Assembly (NCBI GenBank): GCA_039194325.1
Contig: JBCCWC010000003.1
Coordinates: forward strand, 64,001 to 128,000
Source: Myxococcota bacterium
Lineage (GTDB): Bacteria; Myxococcota_A; Polyangia; Nannocystales; Nannocystaceae
DNA: 64,000 bases
Reading direction: 5' to 3'
Part shown: piece after piece, positions 30,645 to 41,005 of the stretch
Position numbering within the stretch: position 1 is the stretch's first letter
Layout of the letters: each line of letters opens with the position of its first letter
Made by a program: the position numbers and the translations under genes
Notes under the pieces: generated by a model
Seen by the model: the letters and a program-made list of their open reading frames with translations, nothing else
Told to the model about the DNA's origin: nothing
The model's database searches: none

Positions 30645-32651
30645 CTATGGCTCGAGGATGACATCCAGAGCGCGCTGGAGCACGTCGGGCTGGAGAGGGC
30701 CGGTGCCCTCGTGAACCCAGGTGGTCAGCGGGGTGCCGTCTTCGGCGAGGAACTGCAGGCCGTCGACCGCGTCGCCGCCCGGCGCGTCGAGCAAGAACTC
30801 GCCCGTGCCGAAGCCATAGACCCCGCGAACACGAGCCAGCTCCTCGTCGCTGTCGTCGCGCCGGTGGCACGTCTGGCAGCCCCGCGCGTTCCGGGTGGTG
30901 GTGTGGGGAAAGAACGGGGCAAAGCCGTTATTGGCCTCCAGGCCGTCACGGTGCCGGAACTCGCCGACCACCTGCCCGTCCTCGCGGGCCTCTCCCTCGA
31001 GGACCTCACCCTCCCCCGAGCCGTAGGCACTCGAGCCGACCACGGCCATCTGGACCTGCTGCGAGGCCATCACGCCCTGCACGCGCCCGTCCGGGCCGGT
31101 GCCGAGCAACACATCGGTCAGCGAGAACGTGCTGCGACTGCCCCGAGTGAGCCCCGGAGACAGGGTGCCCGTTTGGTAGTCGACCTGCTCGAGACGAAGA
31201 TCCCAGGTTACGTGGCAGCCCACGCACTGTTGCTGCCACGAGGTGTGACAAGTGTCGCAGGTCACCGAGTCGGTGTGCGACCAACCCCCCTCGTCTGGAG
31301 CCATGGCGGCGTGCATGGCGGCCGAGGCACTACCATCGGCGAGCCGGTCGGCCACCTGGGTCACGGGATGCTCGGCCCCGTCGACGCGCCCGGTCAGCAC
31401 GACCATCCCCTGAGCGTTGACCGAGAGCTGCGGGAGTGGTCGACCCGAGGCAGTACGGAAGACCCCGTCGCTGTCCGGCTCGATCGCCTCGCGCACCGTG
31501 CCGTGGCAGTCTTCGCAGGTCAGGTCAACCTGCTGCTTGGACGAGGAGAAGATCCGCCCCGTGCCGTGGACGTCGCTGCCCACATGGCAATCGGAGCAGT
31601 GCATCCCGGCCGCGTAGTGGAGATCGGGCGGTGTCTCGTCGACGTCGTTGGTGGTGTCCTCGTCGAGGAAGTAGTAGCCGGGCGAGTGCCCGTAGAGGGT
31701 CTCCTGGATCGGCTCGGCGTTGGGCGGGGTCTGGTCGCTCCCAAAGCCACCCTCCCGGATCCCCCGGAAGGCCAGACCGATCCGCCCCCCTTGGAAGTGG
31801 CAGGTAGCGCACTGCTCGGTGGGAATCGCCGAGGTGATCTCGTGCCGTATGGGATGCACCGGACTGCCCTTGGGGATCGTGGGATCCCCGCCCTCGTACA
31901 CGCCGAGGGTGTTGTAGACCATGTGGCACGCGGTGCAGCCCGACGAGCGGTAGAGCGCCGGCGAGTTGTTGCGCGGGTACCCGGCCTGGTGACAGGTGTT
32001 GCAGTTCTTGGAGAGGTAGTGCCCGTAGGCCTGCTCTTCGAGCGCGGCTTGATCGCCCGAGGCGATCGCCTGGGCGATCTCGTCGGCTCCCGAGGGCTGG
32101 AGCGGCGTCAACGAGCACACGGTGCCCGGGATCGAGGTATCACAGTCTGGATCTTCGACCGGGTACGAGCCGACCCGAGCGAGTCGATCGGGCTGGATCC
32201 CGGCCAAGAACAGGGTGGGATAGTAGTGCCCCGCGTTGGTGACCATGATCGAGCTGGGCATGGTCGCAACGTTGGCGGGGTGGCACTGTCCGCAGGTATC
32301 GTCGACCGCGCGGATGTCTCCAGGATTGATGAAGCGAACGTAGTCGGGATCGAGCTGGTCGAGCTGATCGGGGGCAAAGTCGCGGATGAAGCCGAAGGGG
32401 GCAGGGGGAAGGCCAGTACCCCGGATCTCCGCCCAGTTCTCGGGCACGGGCACGTGGGCGGCCTCCTTGGTAGAGGCGGTATCGTCGCCGCCGTGGCATA
32501 TGACGCAGTTGTCCGCGGCGATGGGGCCGTGGGCTTGCTCGATTCCCTGGTGACAGCTGAGGCAACCCGCCTCGGCGGTTGGGTTGCGCTCGCAGCTAGC
32601 AAGCAACAAAACGGTCCATAGCCCCACCAAACATTGCGATCGCACGCGCAT
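30645..32651 (-). CDS. multihaem cytochrome c lipoprotein (11 CxxCH)
   Basis: Lipobox LASC; CLSCH, CVICH, CGQCH, CNTCH, CTACH, CATCH, CSDCH, CEDCH, CDTCH, CVGCH, CQTCH. Confidence 0.92.
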   Translation of the reverse strand: MRVRSQCLVGLWTVLLLASCERNPTAEAGCLSCHQGIEQAHGPIAADNCVICHGGDDTASTKEAAHVPVPENWAEIRGTGLPPAPFGFIRDFAPDQLDQLDPDYVRFINPGDIRAVDDTCGQCHPANVATMPSSIMVTNAGHYYPTLFLAGIQPDRLARVGSYPVEDPDCDTSIPGTVCSLTPLQPSGADEIAQAIASGDQAALEEQAYGHYLSKNCNTCHQAGYPRNNSPALYRSSGCTACHMVYNTLGVYEGGDPTIPKGSPVHPIRHEITSAIPTEQCATCHFQGGRIGLAFRGIREGGFGSDQTPPNAEPIQETLYGHSPGYYFLDEDTTNDVDETPPDLHYAAGMHCSDCHVGSDVHGTGRIFSSSKQQVDLTCEDCHGTVREAIEPDSDGVFRTASGRPLPQLSVNAQGMVVLTGRVDGAEHPVTQVADRLADGSASAAMHAAMAPDEGGWSHTDSVTCDTCHTSWQQQCVGCHVTWDLRLEQVDYQTGTLSPGLTRGSRSTFSLTDVLLGTGPDGRVQGVMASQQVQMAVVGSSAYGSGEGEVLEGEAREDGQVVGEFRHRDGLEANNGFAPFFPHTTTRNARGCQTCHRRDDSDEELARVRGVYGFGTGEFLLDAPGGDAVDGLQFLAEDGTPLTTWVHEGTGPLQPDVLQRALDVILEP

Positions 32652-32711
32652 GAAAATTTCTCGACGCTCGTCTAGTTCGCCAATTAGGTACTTCGTGAGT
32701 CGGGTACGTAG

Positions 32712-33251
32712 TTAGTTGCCGACGTTGAGCGTCACCGCCTGTCGAGCCGTAGCGCTGGTTCCCTCGGCGTCGGTGACGGTGACCACCAGCTCGACCCGCT
32801 GACCATCGAGACCGAGCAGATCGTCGTTGGTGGAGTACTTATCGGGATCGAAGCCCACCACCGCGCCGTCGTAGCGACCGCCCTCGCCGGCCTCGCACAG
32901 CAGCGCGGCTCCTTCGAGCAAGAAGGAGCCATCGTTGACGCCATCGACCTCGACGTCCATAAGGATGTCGGCGCTCGCTGCATCGCCGGCGGCGAGCGCG
33001 TCGGTCTTGATCACCACGGTGACCCCAAAGCCGCCCTGGGGCGCCACCGAGAGGCCGACCGCTTCGCCATCTTCGTAGGAGGTAAACGCACCGCCGACAC
33101 CCTTACCCAGCACCACCCCGGGATCGGAGCCCGAGCGGCACGGGTCGGGAGGTTCGGGGTCGCCGTCGCAGCCCATCGAGGGTGATGCGAGCAGCGCGAC
33201 CGGCAGCAGTGCGCGCCCCAAAGTCAGGCTCCCCAATCCAATCCTCGGCAC
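32712..33251 (-). CDS. hypothetical lipoprotein
   Basis: Hydrophobic leader ending SMGC-DGD; co-oriented with the cytochrome gene. Confidence 0.65.
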   Translation of the reverse strand: MPRIGLGSLTLGRALLPVALLASPSMGCDGDPEPPDPCRSGSDPGVVLGKGVGGAFTSYEDGEAVGLSVAPQGGFGVTVVIKTDALAAGDAASADILMDVEVDGVNDGSFLLEGAALLCEAGEGGRYDGAVVGFDPDKYSTNDDLLGLDGQRVELVVTVTDAEGTSATARQAVTLNVGN

Positions 33252-33487
33252 GAGGTCAGCCTACCACTGCCTCACGTCGGGCGCCGTTGCGGCCGTGCGC
33301 GCAATGAATTCCGCCGCTCCTTGCCCGCCTCTTGCCCGCCCGAGCCGGCTCACTCCATGTGCGAGTCCACGCATCCGCGGACCCGACGCGCTCACCGCCG
33401 CCGTCGGGACTATGGAGACCAAACCGACTCCAAGCCCCGCCGCGGTACGAAGCACGGAAAAATCGGAGCTGCCAGCCCCGAATGCCG

Positions 33488-33841
33488 CTATTGATCCTTC
33501 TTGGCCTCGGACGCTCGTGTCCTCTCCACTTGCGTTCCAAAAAGGTAGGCCGCAGTGCTCGTCATCACTGAAATGGCCGCGGTCTTTGGATCTTGAATCA
33601 ACCAGAACACTGCGGCAACAAAGAACAAAAGGAACGCAAAATAGTCACGCCGCCTCCCCCTTCGAAAGGAACTAAGCGCGGCCTCTTGACTTAACCGGAG
33701 AGCCTTATTGTCACTCTCGAGCTTGGTCAACCTCCGGGAAAGATCTCTGTTCCGCCGGGTGACGACCGGCAAGGCACTCTCATTGAGGTAACCGATATCG
33801 TCAATCGATAGTTTGCTTGAACTATCAGACTGATCCGTCAT
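33488..33841 (-). CDS. small coiled-coil + 2TM membrane protein in AT-rich islet
   Basis: Heptad-like 'LSRRLTKLESDNKALRL', two hydrophobic helices; ATGA overlap with upstream gene. Confidence 0.6.
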   Translation of the reverse strand: MTDQSDSSSKLSIDDIGYLNESALPVVTRRNRDLSRRLTKLESDNKALRLSQEAALSSFRRGRRRDYFAFLLFFVAAVFWLIQDPKTAAISVMTSTAAYLFGTQVERTRASEAKKDQ

Positions 33842-34074
33842 TGAACTGCACGTATACGATCAGGGACCAATCCTGGTAGTTCTACGTGGAGTTCTTCTTC
33901 ATCTCTTGCCAGGAATACATCGTAGCCCTCGCGACGCTTTCTGACGTACCAGTCGAAGAATTGCAGTGCGTTTCGGATTACTTCTGCGTTGGAGGCTGCT
34001 TCTGTCGCTATTGCAATGGACCGGATTCGCTCCATCGCAGTCTCAGAGAACTCTACTTGGACCTTCTTTGACAT
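33838..34074 (-). CDS. ribbon-helix-helix (CopG-like) DNA-binding protein
   Basis: 'KVQVEFSETAMERIRSI...SNAEVIRNALQFFDW' fits the RHH pattern. Confidence 0.7.
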   Translation of the reverse strand: MSKKVQVEFSETAMERIRSIAIATEAASNAEVIRNALQFFDWYVRKRREGYDVFLARDEEELHVELPGLVPDRIRAVQ

Positions 34075-34600
34075 TTCTCGTCTTCTTCATCTATCGAACG
34101 AAGCTAACTTTGTATCCCACCGACCAAGACACAAGGCTCTACTTCGCCTAGTTCTACGGAGATTTCTCTTCCTCAATACTTTCGCTTCGAGGAGATCTAA
34201 GAGAGATCTTTCGCTTGCGTCGATTTCTTGCTCGACGTTCAATGATGACCTCGACCAGTTCTACGACATGACCGACTGTTATATACTCTTCAATGCCCTC
34301 TTGACCATTGTTCTTGTTCGAGCTCTCCATGTTCCCCCGATTACCTGTTCTCGATTCTCGTGCGTAGTCATTGATGTGCCCCTCTCCATCTTGGACAATG
34401 CCCAAGGGTACTTGCTCAAAAGGAGCATATCTCTCTACCCTGTAAATTCAATGATTTTCTCCTCATTTTTTAAGGAGGCATCAACCAACAGTAATTTCAA
34501 ACCCATAGAGGTTGCGCCACTCACGCACAATCGGCGCCTAGCGCGCGACCTTTTCGCCAATTATTCTATCATCCAAAGCTAGGTTATTCCTCCCCCGCCC

Positions 34601-35773
34601 ATGACCAAGCGCATCGTGGTCCAAAAGTACGGCGGCTCCTCGGTCGCCGACACCGACAAGATCATGCAGGTCGCCCGCCGGGTGGTTCGAACCCGCAAAG
34701 AAGGCTTCGACGTGGTGGTCGTGGTGTCGGCCATGGGCAAGACCACCGACCAGCTGCTAGCCCGCGCCAAGGAGCTGACCGCCTCCCCCTCGCGTCGCGA
34801 GCTGGACATGTTGCTGTCGTGCGGCGAGCGAGCGTCGATGGCGTTGCTGTCGATGGCGATCCACGAGCAGGGCCACGAGGCGATCTCGCTGACCGGCTCC
34901 CAGTCGGGGCTGATGACCAACAGCCGCCACTCGGGCGCGCGGATCATCGAAGTCCGGCCCTACCGGGTCCAAGACGAGCTCGACGACGGCAAGATCGTGA
35001 TCGTCGCCGGCTTCCAGGGCGTCTCGTACAAGCGCGAGGTGACTACCCTGGGGCGTGGAGGCTCCGACACTACCGCAGTGGCCCTGGCCGGCGCGCTGAG
35101 AGCGGAGTATTGCGAGATCTGCTCCGACGTGGACGGGGTGTATAGCGCCGACCCGCGGGTGATCGACGCAGCGACCCTCATCGAGGCGATCTCGCACGAG
35201 CAGATGCTCGAGCTCGCATCGCACGGGGCCCGGGTGCTGCACGACGAGGCGGTAGAGTTCGCGCGCCGCTCGGGCATCGCCCTGTGGGCGCGGGCCACCG
35301 CGGGAGATGGAGGCGGGACCCGGATCGATCGCCCCGGACAGATCGATCGTGGTCCATCGGTCACCGGGGTGACGGGGCAGCGCAACCTGGTACGCCTGAG
35401 GGCCCGGGTGAGCCAGTCCATGGATCACATGCTCGCAGTCGCGGCCGATGCTTCGCTGCCCGTGCTGCACCTCGACGCAGATCACGAGATCGCCGACCTG
35501 TGGTTTTCGCCCACCGACGTGCCAGACTGGGCGGCGGTGCGCGAGAAGCTGCTCGGCCAGGTCGAGATCGAAGAAGGCTGCGGAGCGGCCTCGGTGGTGG
35601 GTGATTTCTTCGGGCGCAACGCGGCCAAGCTGGCGCGGGCGCGATCGGTCGCGGCCGGAGCTGGGATCCAGCTCAAGGCCCTGGCCACCTCGCCGCTGCG
35701 GGCCACGCTCTTTTGCGCCGAAGACGACGTGGACGAGCTGACCCGGTCGCTTCACCGAGCATTCCGCGAATAG
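34601..35773 (+). CDS. lysC: aspartate kinase
   Basis: '[11 protein letters not shown]', '[10 protein letters not shown]', '[13 protein letters not shown]', '[10 protein letters not shown]'. Confidence 0.96.
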   Translation: MTKRIVVQKYGGSSVADTDKIMQVARRVVRTRKEGFDVVVVVSAMGKTTDQLLARAKELTASPSRRELDMLLSCGERASMALLSMAIHEQGHEAISLTGSQSGLMTNSRHSGARIIEVRPYRVQDELDDGKIVIVAGFQGVSYKREVTTLGRGGSDTTAVALAGALRAEYCEICSDVDGVYSADPRVIDAATLIEAISHEQMLELASHGARVLHDEAVEFARRSGIALWARATAGDGGGTRIDRPGQIDRGPSVTGVTGQRNLVRLRARVSQSMDHMLAVAADASLPVLHLDADHEIADLWFSPTDVPDWAAVREKLLGQVEIEEGCGAASVVGDFFGRNAAKLARARSVAAGAGIQLKALATSPLRATLFCAEDDVDELTRSLHRAFRE

Positions 35774-35788
35774 CCGAGCCTTTGCGGC

Positions 35789-37342
35789 TCACTGCACCGG
35801 AAGCCGTGTCGGGAAGTCGGTGGGCAAGGCCATGACCTCGGAGCGCCCGAGCATCTCGACCTCGAGGTGTCGGGCGAGCGCGCGGAGCTCTGGCGGGGGA
35901 CCGTCGAGACACACGGGACCCACGCGGCGCTGAAACAGCTTGAGCGCCTCGCGATGAGGCTCGCCCGCCGCCGTGATCCGCCCGTGCTCGCCCGCCAGCG
36001 AGCGACACGCCTGATAGAGCGCCAGCGTCGGCGACGGGCTCCACGCCATGCTGGCCAGGTATCCCGACAGCTCGGCGCGTGATGAGATCCCCATGTGCTC
36101 GGCACACGATGCACACGCCAGTGGCTCGTCGAACCCCTCGACCAGCCCATCATCGGCGAGGTGACGCGCCTCGTGCACGGCCACGTGCTGGGCGGTCCAG
36201 GCCACCAGCTCTTGCAGCGCGGCCAAGAGCTCCGGATCGGGGTGGAGCGCCTCGGAGGCCTCACCCAGCGCCCAGACCTCGCCCAGCGTGATCCCAGGGC
36301 ACGCCCGCTCGGCGTGGCGCAACGCCACGTCTTCGAGGCGACCCAGGCGTTCCTCTGAAAAGCCGGACCACGGGACGTCGTTGATGCGAAAGCCGCTGCC
36401 GCAGGCCGCTCGCCGCCGCTCGATCGCGCGGAGCGTCCGGGTGATCGCCCAGCGAGCCTTGGCCGAAGCCGCCAGGCGATCCAGGGCCGCCGCCGACAGC
36501 TGGCGCCGCGCCTCGGCACGCACGGGCCCCGCGAAATTGCGACGCCCGTCGAGCTCCAGCTCGAGCCAGGGGTCGAGCAGCGGCCACACCTCGGCGGCCG
36601 CAAAGTCCAGCAGTCGATCGATCACCAAGACCGCGCCATCGTGCCCGGCCGCGCCCAGGTATTGCTCGCGAAGGTTGGTACGATCGATCCGCGACACCAG
36701 CTGGACCCGATAGGCGCTTGAGCCCAGGCCCACCATGGCATTCGAGTGGATCTCGTAGATCCCCGCCGAGAAGATCGGGCCGAGCTTACTGCCGCGGATC
36801 GTCCCTTGGATCAAGAACGGCGCCTGATGCTGGCCGAGGTAGTGGCTCCACGCCCAGCTCAGGTAGAGCGCACGCCGGGGATCCTCGGCCAGCCGACTCG
36901 GAGCCGACAGGTCGTGCAGCTCATCGAGCAACATCGCTAGGTTGGGGTCGGGAGCGACGGCCGCCCGTAGCGCTTTGAAGGCCGCCTCTTCGGGCGACGC
37001 CCCCAGCCCTCGGGTACGGCGGCTACGAGCGATGAGCCAGTGCGGCAGCAGCTCGGTGTGCACCCGTCGCAGGTCGACCTGGTCGGGCGCTGGCGCATGA
37101 GGCGGCTGGTAGAGCCGTTGACCGCGCCAGTCGATCTCGTCGCGCGCCCAGCTGCGTACAACCGGCACCCGCCACAGCAACGTGACCGCCACCGAGAGCA
37201 ACACCAACCCGGCCAGAGCCCACCGCCACCGCACCCGCCCACGCCGACCGGGCTGGGGTGGGAGATCCGCGGGGATCTCGGTACCTGGTGACAATTCGGG
37301 GGGCGGAAATTCGGGGGGTGACAATTCGAGGGAAGACGACAC
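35789..37342 (-). CDS. membrane-anchored hypothetical protein with HExxH motif
   Basis: N-terminal TM; 'VAVHEARHLAD' plus downstream 'RAELSGYL'. Confidence 0.6.
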   Translation of the reverse strand: MSSSLELSPPEFPPPELSPGTEIPADLPPQPGRRGRVRWRWALAGLVLLSVAVTLLWRVPVVRSWARDEIDWRGQRLYQPPHAPAPDQVDLRRVHTELLPHWLIARSRRTRGLGASPEEAAFKALRAAVAPDPNLAMLLDELHDLSAPSRLAEDPRRALYLSWAWSHYLGQHQAPFLIQGTIRGSKLGPIFSAGIYEIHSNAMVGLGSSAYRVQLVSRIDRTNLREQYLGAAGHDGAVLVIDRLLDFAAAEVWPLLDPWLELELDGRRNFAGPVRAEARRQLSAAALDRLAASAKARWAITRTLRAIERRRAACGSGFRINDVPWSGFSEERLGRLEDVALRHAERACPGITLGEVWALGEASEALHPDPELLAALQELVAWTAQHVAVHEARHLADDGLVEGFDEPLACASCAEHMGISSRAELSGYLASMAWSPSPTLALYQACRSLAGEHGRITAAGEPHREALKLFQRRVGPVCLDGPPPELRALARHLEVEMLGRSEVMALPTDFPTRLPVQ

Positions 37343-37487
37343 AGCAGACCCGGCGTGGCGAGAGCCCCGCCGGGGAGCACGGACACCAGGGCAAGCGCGC
37401 AGGTTTCCTCGCTCGGCCACAAACCTCGGCCCGGGGCTCGAGCGCGGCTAGATCGAGCCCACCAAAAACAAGGGAGGCGCGCCGCGC

Positions 37488-39311
37488 TCAGTCGTTGCGC
37501 GCGGCGATGAACGCCTCGATCTCGGTATCGTCGCTGTCCGACACCACCATGCGCAACCGATAGACCTGCGCCTCGTCGTCCGCGAAGTAGAGGATCGTCT
37601 CCCCAATAGACAGCGCGACCTTCTCGTGGGACTCGTCGCGAAGGCCGGCAAACTGCAGCTGGGAGACCTTCTGGGTCAGCTCGGCGTCGGCGAAGAAGCC
37701 GGGATCGCCGTAGGGATACTCGACGTTGGTGGGAAGATCCTCGGCGGCCACGAAGAACAGGTACCTCCCACCGTCGTCGCCTCGTCGGTAGTAGAAATCA
37801 ACGGGATCGTTGTTCTCACGATAGGTGCCCAGCAACAGATCCGACAGGAGCCCCGCTTGCTCTTGGAGGTAGGGCTTGACCGCCTCGATGGCTTCGTCGC
37901 CGGTCAGCCCGACCGGCACGTCCCGCACGGTGAAGGCCACGTTGGCGGCGCCCTCGGGGAACGTCTCGAAGGGGGTCTGGTGCAGCGCGACCTGGGCCAC
38001 CTCGAGCACCACCTCCCACAAGTACTGGTCGCCGGGCGGATCGCCCAGGCCACCGGCGACCTCATAGTGAAGCCAGCCCAGCGGCGCGCCTTCCTGGCCG
38101 ATGTGTACCTGAGCCAGCGAGTTGACGTAGATCGCAAAGTACATGCGATCGCCGTAGTCACGATGCGCAGCCGAGGTGATCACGTACTCGAGCGTGTGTT
38201 CGGGTAGTGCCCAGACCGAGCTTTCGTCGACCGGGGACCCGGGCATGTTGTCCTGGCAGGGTGGATCGCCCACGCACGAGACCACGAAGCCGTTGTACTC
38301 GGCCAGACCCACCCGCAGGTCGACCGCGAGGTCGTCGACCAAGCCCTCGAGCGCGAAGCGGTCGGGGTCTTCGAAGTCGAACTCGAGCTCGTCGTCGAAC
38401 GAGGGACCCACGCGGTCGTCCACCAGGGTAACGAAGCCCTTGCCGGCGCTGGCATCGACCCCGTCCATGATCCGCAGGTTGGAGTCGGCGCTCACCACCA
38501 TCCGGAAATCGGGGCCGAAGACCTCCCCGCTGACCTCACCCGCGATGATCCCCGGGTGATCCCCAGCTGGCCCATAGCGCTCGGCCAAGGGCGCGAGATC
38601 TTCGAGGGCATCGGCCAGCGTCACCTCAAGCTCGAGGTCGTCGGTCGCCTCCGGGTGCGATCCCACGAAGTGCTCGCGCAGCGCCTCCACCATCGACGCA
38701 TCGGAGACCACCGGCTGCGTGCGACCCACCCCGAGCGTGTCGGCCAGCACCTCACTGAATGGATCGATCTCCCCCACGCCCGCCAGCGCATCGACCAAGT
38801 TGGCGAGGCTCTCGGTCGACGTGCCGGTGACGTCCGCATTGGCCGGCGTCATGGTCAGCAGGCGAACCAACGCGTACTCGGGGCTCGATGTCCACGGAAC
38901 CTTGCCTCCGCCAAAGGACTGGCCCAACTCGGTCAGATCGCAATCGTGGTTGGGGTTGGGGTCGTCCTGCTCCCACTCGGTGCCGCAGGCGTTGCGGAGG
39001 GCCTCGATCGTCCCCTGCAGCAGCGGCGACGGGTCGAGGCTGAGCAGCCGGATGTTGTCCGCCTCGGCGCCAAACAGGTCGGAGACCTCGTCGCGAGTCA
39101 TCGACAACATCAACGGCGGCGGCTCCTGCTCGTTGAGACGCAGCGGGATGCTCTGCTCGGGCCCGAAGTTGGCGTCGGCCGGGTCCTCGGTGGTGCTCCC
39201 ATCCTCGCCGGTGGTCGATTCAGGGGTCATTCCCGGGTCATCCGTGCCACAACCGGCAAGCAAAGCCAGGGACGCGGTGACGAAGCGTAAGCGTTTCACG
39301 ATGCCCACCAA
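37488..39311 (-). CDS. large acidic lipoprotein of unknown function
   Basis: Lipobox LAGC, D/E-rich, 607 codons. Confidence 0.75.
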   Translation of the reverse strand: MVGIVKRLRFVTASLALLAGCGTDDPGMTPESTTGEDGSTTEDPADANFGPEQSIPLRLNEQEPPPLMLSMTRDEVSDLFGAEADNIRLLSLDPSPLLQGTIEALRNACGTEWEQDDPNPNHDCDLTELGQSFGGGKVPWTSSPEYALVRLLTMTPANADVTGTSTESLANLVDALAGVGEIDPFSEVLADTLGVGRTQPVVSDASMVEALREHFVGSHPEATDDLELEVTLADALEDLAPLAERYGPAGDHPGIIAGEVSGEVFGPDFRMVVSADSNLRIMDGVDASAGKGFVTLVDDRVGPSFDDELEFDFEDPDRFALEGLVDDLAVDLRVGLAEYNGFVVSCVGDPPCQDNMPGSPVDESSVWALPEHTLEYVITSAAHRDYGDRMYFAIYVNSLAQVHIGQEGAPLGWLHYEVAGGLGDPPGDQYLWEVVLEVAQVALHQTPFETFPEGAANVAFTVRDVPVGLTGDEAIEAVKPYLQEQAGLLSDLLLGTYRENNDPVDFYYRRGDDGGRYLFFVAAEDLPTNVEYPYGDPGFFADAELTQKVSQLQFAGLRDESHEKVALSIGETILYFADDEAQVYRLRMVVSDSDDTEIEAFIAARND

Positions 39312-39441
39312 CGTAGCAGGGCCCCGACGCGACCACCACGCGATCGACGTTGGGAATCGGAATCATGAACATTGCGTCATGCGCGCGTGTGCTTGTTGGT
39401 ACGACTCGACCCGAACAAACGGCACATAGATGTCATGCTTT

Positions 39442-40077
39442 TCACTCGACCACGAGCCGCGCGACTGGGACGGTGAGATCCTCGACCGGGTCGACCGCAT
39501 AGGCCGACGCGATCGCGCCCTGGAGATGGACCAGCAACAGCTGCAAGAGCTGCTCGCGCTCGAGCGCGGGATCTCGCAGCCAATCCACGCACGCGGTCTC
39601 CACCCCGCCGATCCACGCCCGCAGCGACAAGCGATACGCCGGCCGCGGCGCGCTCAGGCCCATGTCGGCGAGCATCGCGTCGACCTGCGCGTTGCGGGCT
39701 TGCTCGAGGATCTCGAAGATCTCCGGATCCGCGCCCAGACCCCCGTTGACCAGGGCCGTATACGAATCGGCGTGGTCTTCCACGAAGCGCAGGTACGCGC
39801 CCAGACCGGCCAGGGCACGGGACGGCGGAGGGAGCCGCGAGTCGGGCTCGATCGCTTCGAGTAGCCGCCGGGCCCCATCGCGCACCACCGCCACGTAGAA
39901 CGCCCGCTTGCCCCCGAAATAGTGGTAGAGCAGCCCCTTGGATACGTTGGCCGCGCGCGCGATGTCGTCGATGGAGACCTCGTCGTAGGACCGTGTGCCG
40001 AACAGCTGCAGGCCCAGCTCGAGCAACTGGGCGCGTCGGCTGTCCATGTCCAGGCGGCTGCGTAGCGGCGATCCCAC
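39442..40077 (-). CDS. TetR/AcrR-family regulator
   Basis: 'RRAQLLELGLQLF...SIDDIARAANVSKGLLYHYFGGK'; start 40077 or 40047. Confidence 0.93.
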   Translation of the reverse strand: MGSPLRSRLDMDSRRAQLLELGLQLFGTRSYDEVSIDDIARAANVSKGLLYHYFGGKRAFYVAVVRDGARRLLEAIEPDSRLPPPSRALAGLGAYLRFVEDHADSYTALVNGGLGADPEIFEILEQARNAQVDAMLADMGLSAPRPAYRLSLRAWIGGVETACVDWLRDPALEREQLLQLLLVHLQGAIASAYAVDPVEDLTVPVARLVVE

Positions 40078-40094
40078 CAAGACGAGGATGCCCG

Positions 40095-40146
40095 CGAGTT
40101 GACCCCAGTTCAACTCGATGCTAAGCCTAACTTGAACCTGATTCAA
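40095..40146. promoter_or_regulatory. two TTGA-N7-TCAA palindromes, candidate TetR operators
   Basis: CGAGTTGA-ccccagt-TCAACTCG (40095-40117) and TTGA-acctgat-TCAA (40132-40146) between divergent genes. Confidence 0.65.
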
Positions 40147-40154
40147 CAACGAGG

Positions 40155-40994
40155 ATGACCATGCCCGACGGATCGGTCCCCAAGGCGGATGGCGCGGTGA
40201 TTCCCCGCGTCCGCAAGATGGGTTTTTCCTTTGCGGACGTACCGCGCCGCTGGTTTTACGACAGCACCTTCGTGACGGCCACGGCCAACGCGCTGAACCT
40301 GATCTTTCCAGCGGGGGAGCGGTTCTTCGTGCGCAGCGTCAAGCACTACCTGCCACAGATCACCGATCCGGTCTTGCGCGCTCGGGTGCGGGCGTTCTTT
40401 GGTCAGGAGGGCAGCCACGGTCATGAGCACGAGCACGCCTACGAGGTGCTCGAGTCGCAGGGGTACGAGATCCGTCGCTGGCTGGAGTGGTACCAGCGCG
40501 TGGCGTTTGAGCAGCTTGAGTCTCGCGTACCGGCCAAGCTGCGGCTGTCGACTACGGTGGCGCTCGAGCACCTCACCGCGGCGCTGGCCGAGCGAGCGCT
40601 GAATACGGATTTCTTCAACCACGCCCATCCTGCGATGCGGGATCTGATGCTGTGGCACGCAGCCGAAGAGCTCGAGCACAAGTCGGTGGCGTTCGACGTG
40701 CTCCAGCAGGTCGACCCACGCTACTGGGTGCGCGTGACGGGGATGGTGATGGGCATCGCGGTCTTGATGGGGTTTTGGACCTCCGGGACGAAGATGCTGC
40801 TCGAGCAGGAGGTCGGGTACAGCAAGGAGGACCTTCAGCGCGAGCGGAAGGAGGCGCGTGCGCGGGGGCAAGACCGCATGCCGCTATACAAGGCGATGCT
40901 GTCGTATTTTCGGCCCGGGTTTCACCCTGACCAGCAAGACACCAACGGGCTGTTCGAAGGGTACTTGCGGAAGATCGGGCGGCTGGAGGGGTAG
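40155..40994 (+). CDS. predicted metal-dependent hydrolase (ferritin-like family)
   Basis: 'FPAGERFFVRSV', 'QEGSHGHEH', 'ALEHLTA', 'WHAAEELEHKSVAFDV'. Confidence 0.88.
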   Translation: MTMPDGSVPKADGAVIPRVRKMGFSFADVPRRWFYDSTFVTATANALNLIFPAGERFFVRSVKHYLPQITDPVLRARVRAFFGQEGSHGHEHEHAYEVLESQGYEIRRWLEWYQRVAFEQLESRVPAKLRLSTTVALEHLTAALAERALNTDFFNHAHPAMRDLMLWHAAEELEHKSVAFDVLQQVDPRYWVRVTGMVMGIAVLMGFWTSGTKMLLEQEVGYSKEDLQRERKEARARGQDRMPLYKAMLSYFRPGFHPDQQDTNGLFEGYLRKIGRLEG

Positions 40995-41005
40995 GCCGAC
41001 CAGGA

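Noticed and set aside
30711..32621. Long antisense/alternative-frame ORFs (also 50635-52302, 25188-26687, 61726-63006 and many more)
   Set aside because: Shadow ORFs expected in high-GC DNA opposite well-supported genes; Arg/Pro/Ala-rich with no motifs
33989..34582. 197-codon plus-strand ORF in the AT-rich islet (and 34154-34405 on minus)
   Set aside because: No recognisable motif or SD; the plus ORF overlaps the better-supported RHH gene antisense; left unannotated
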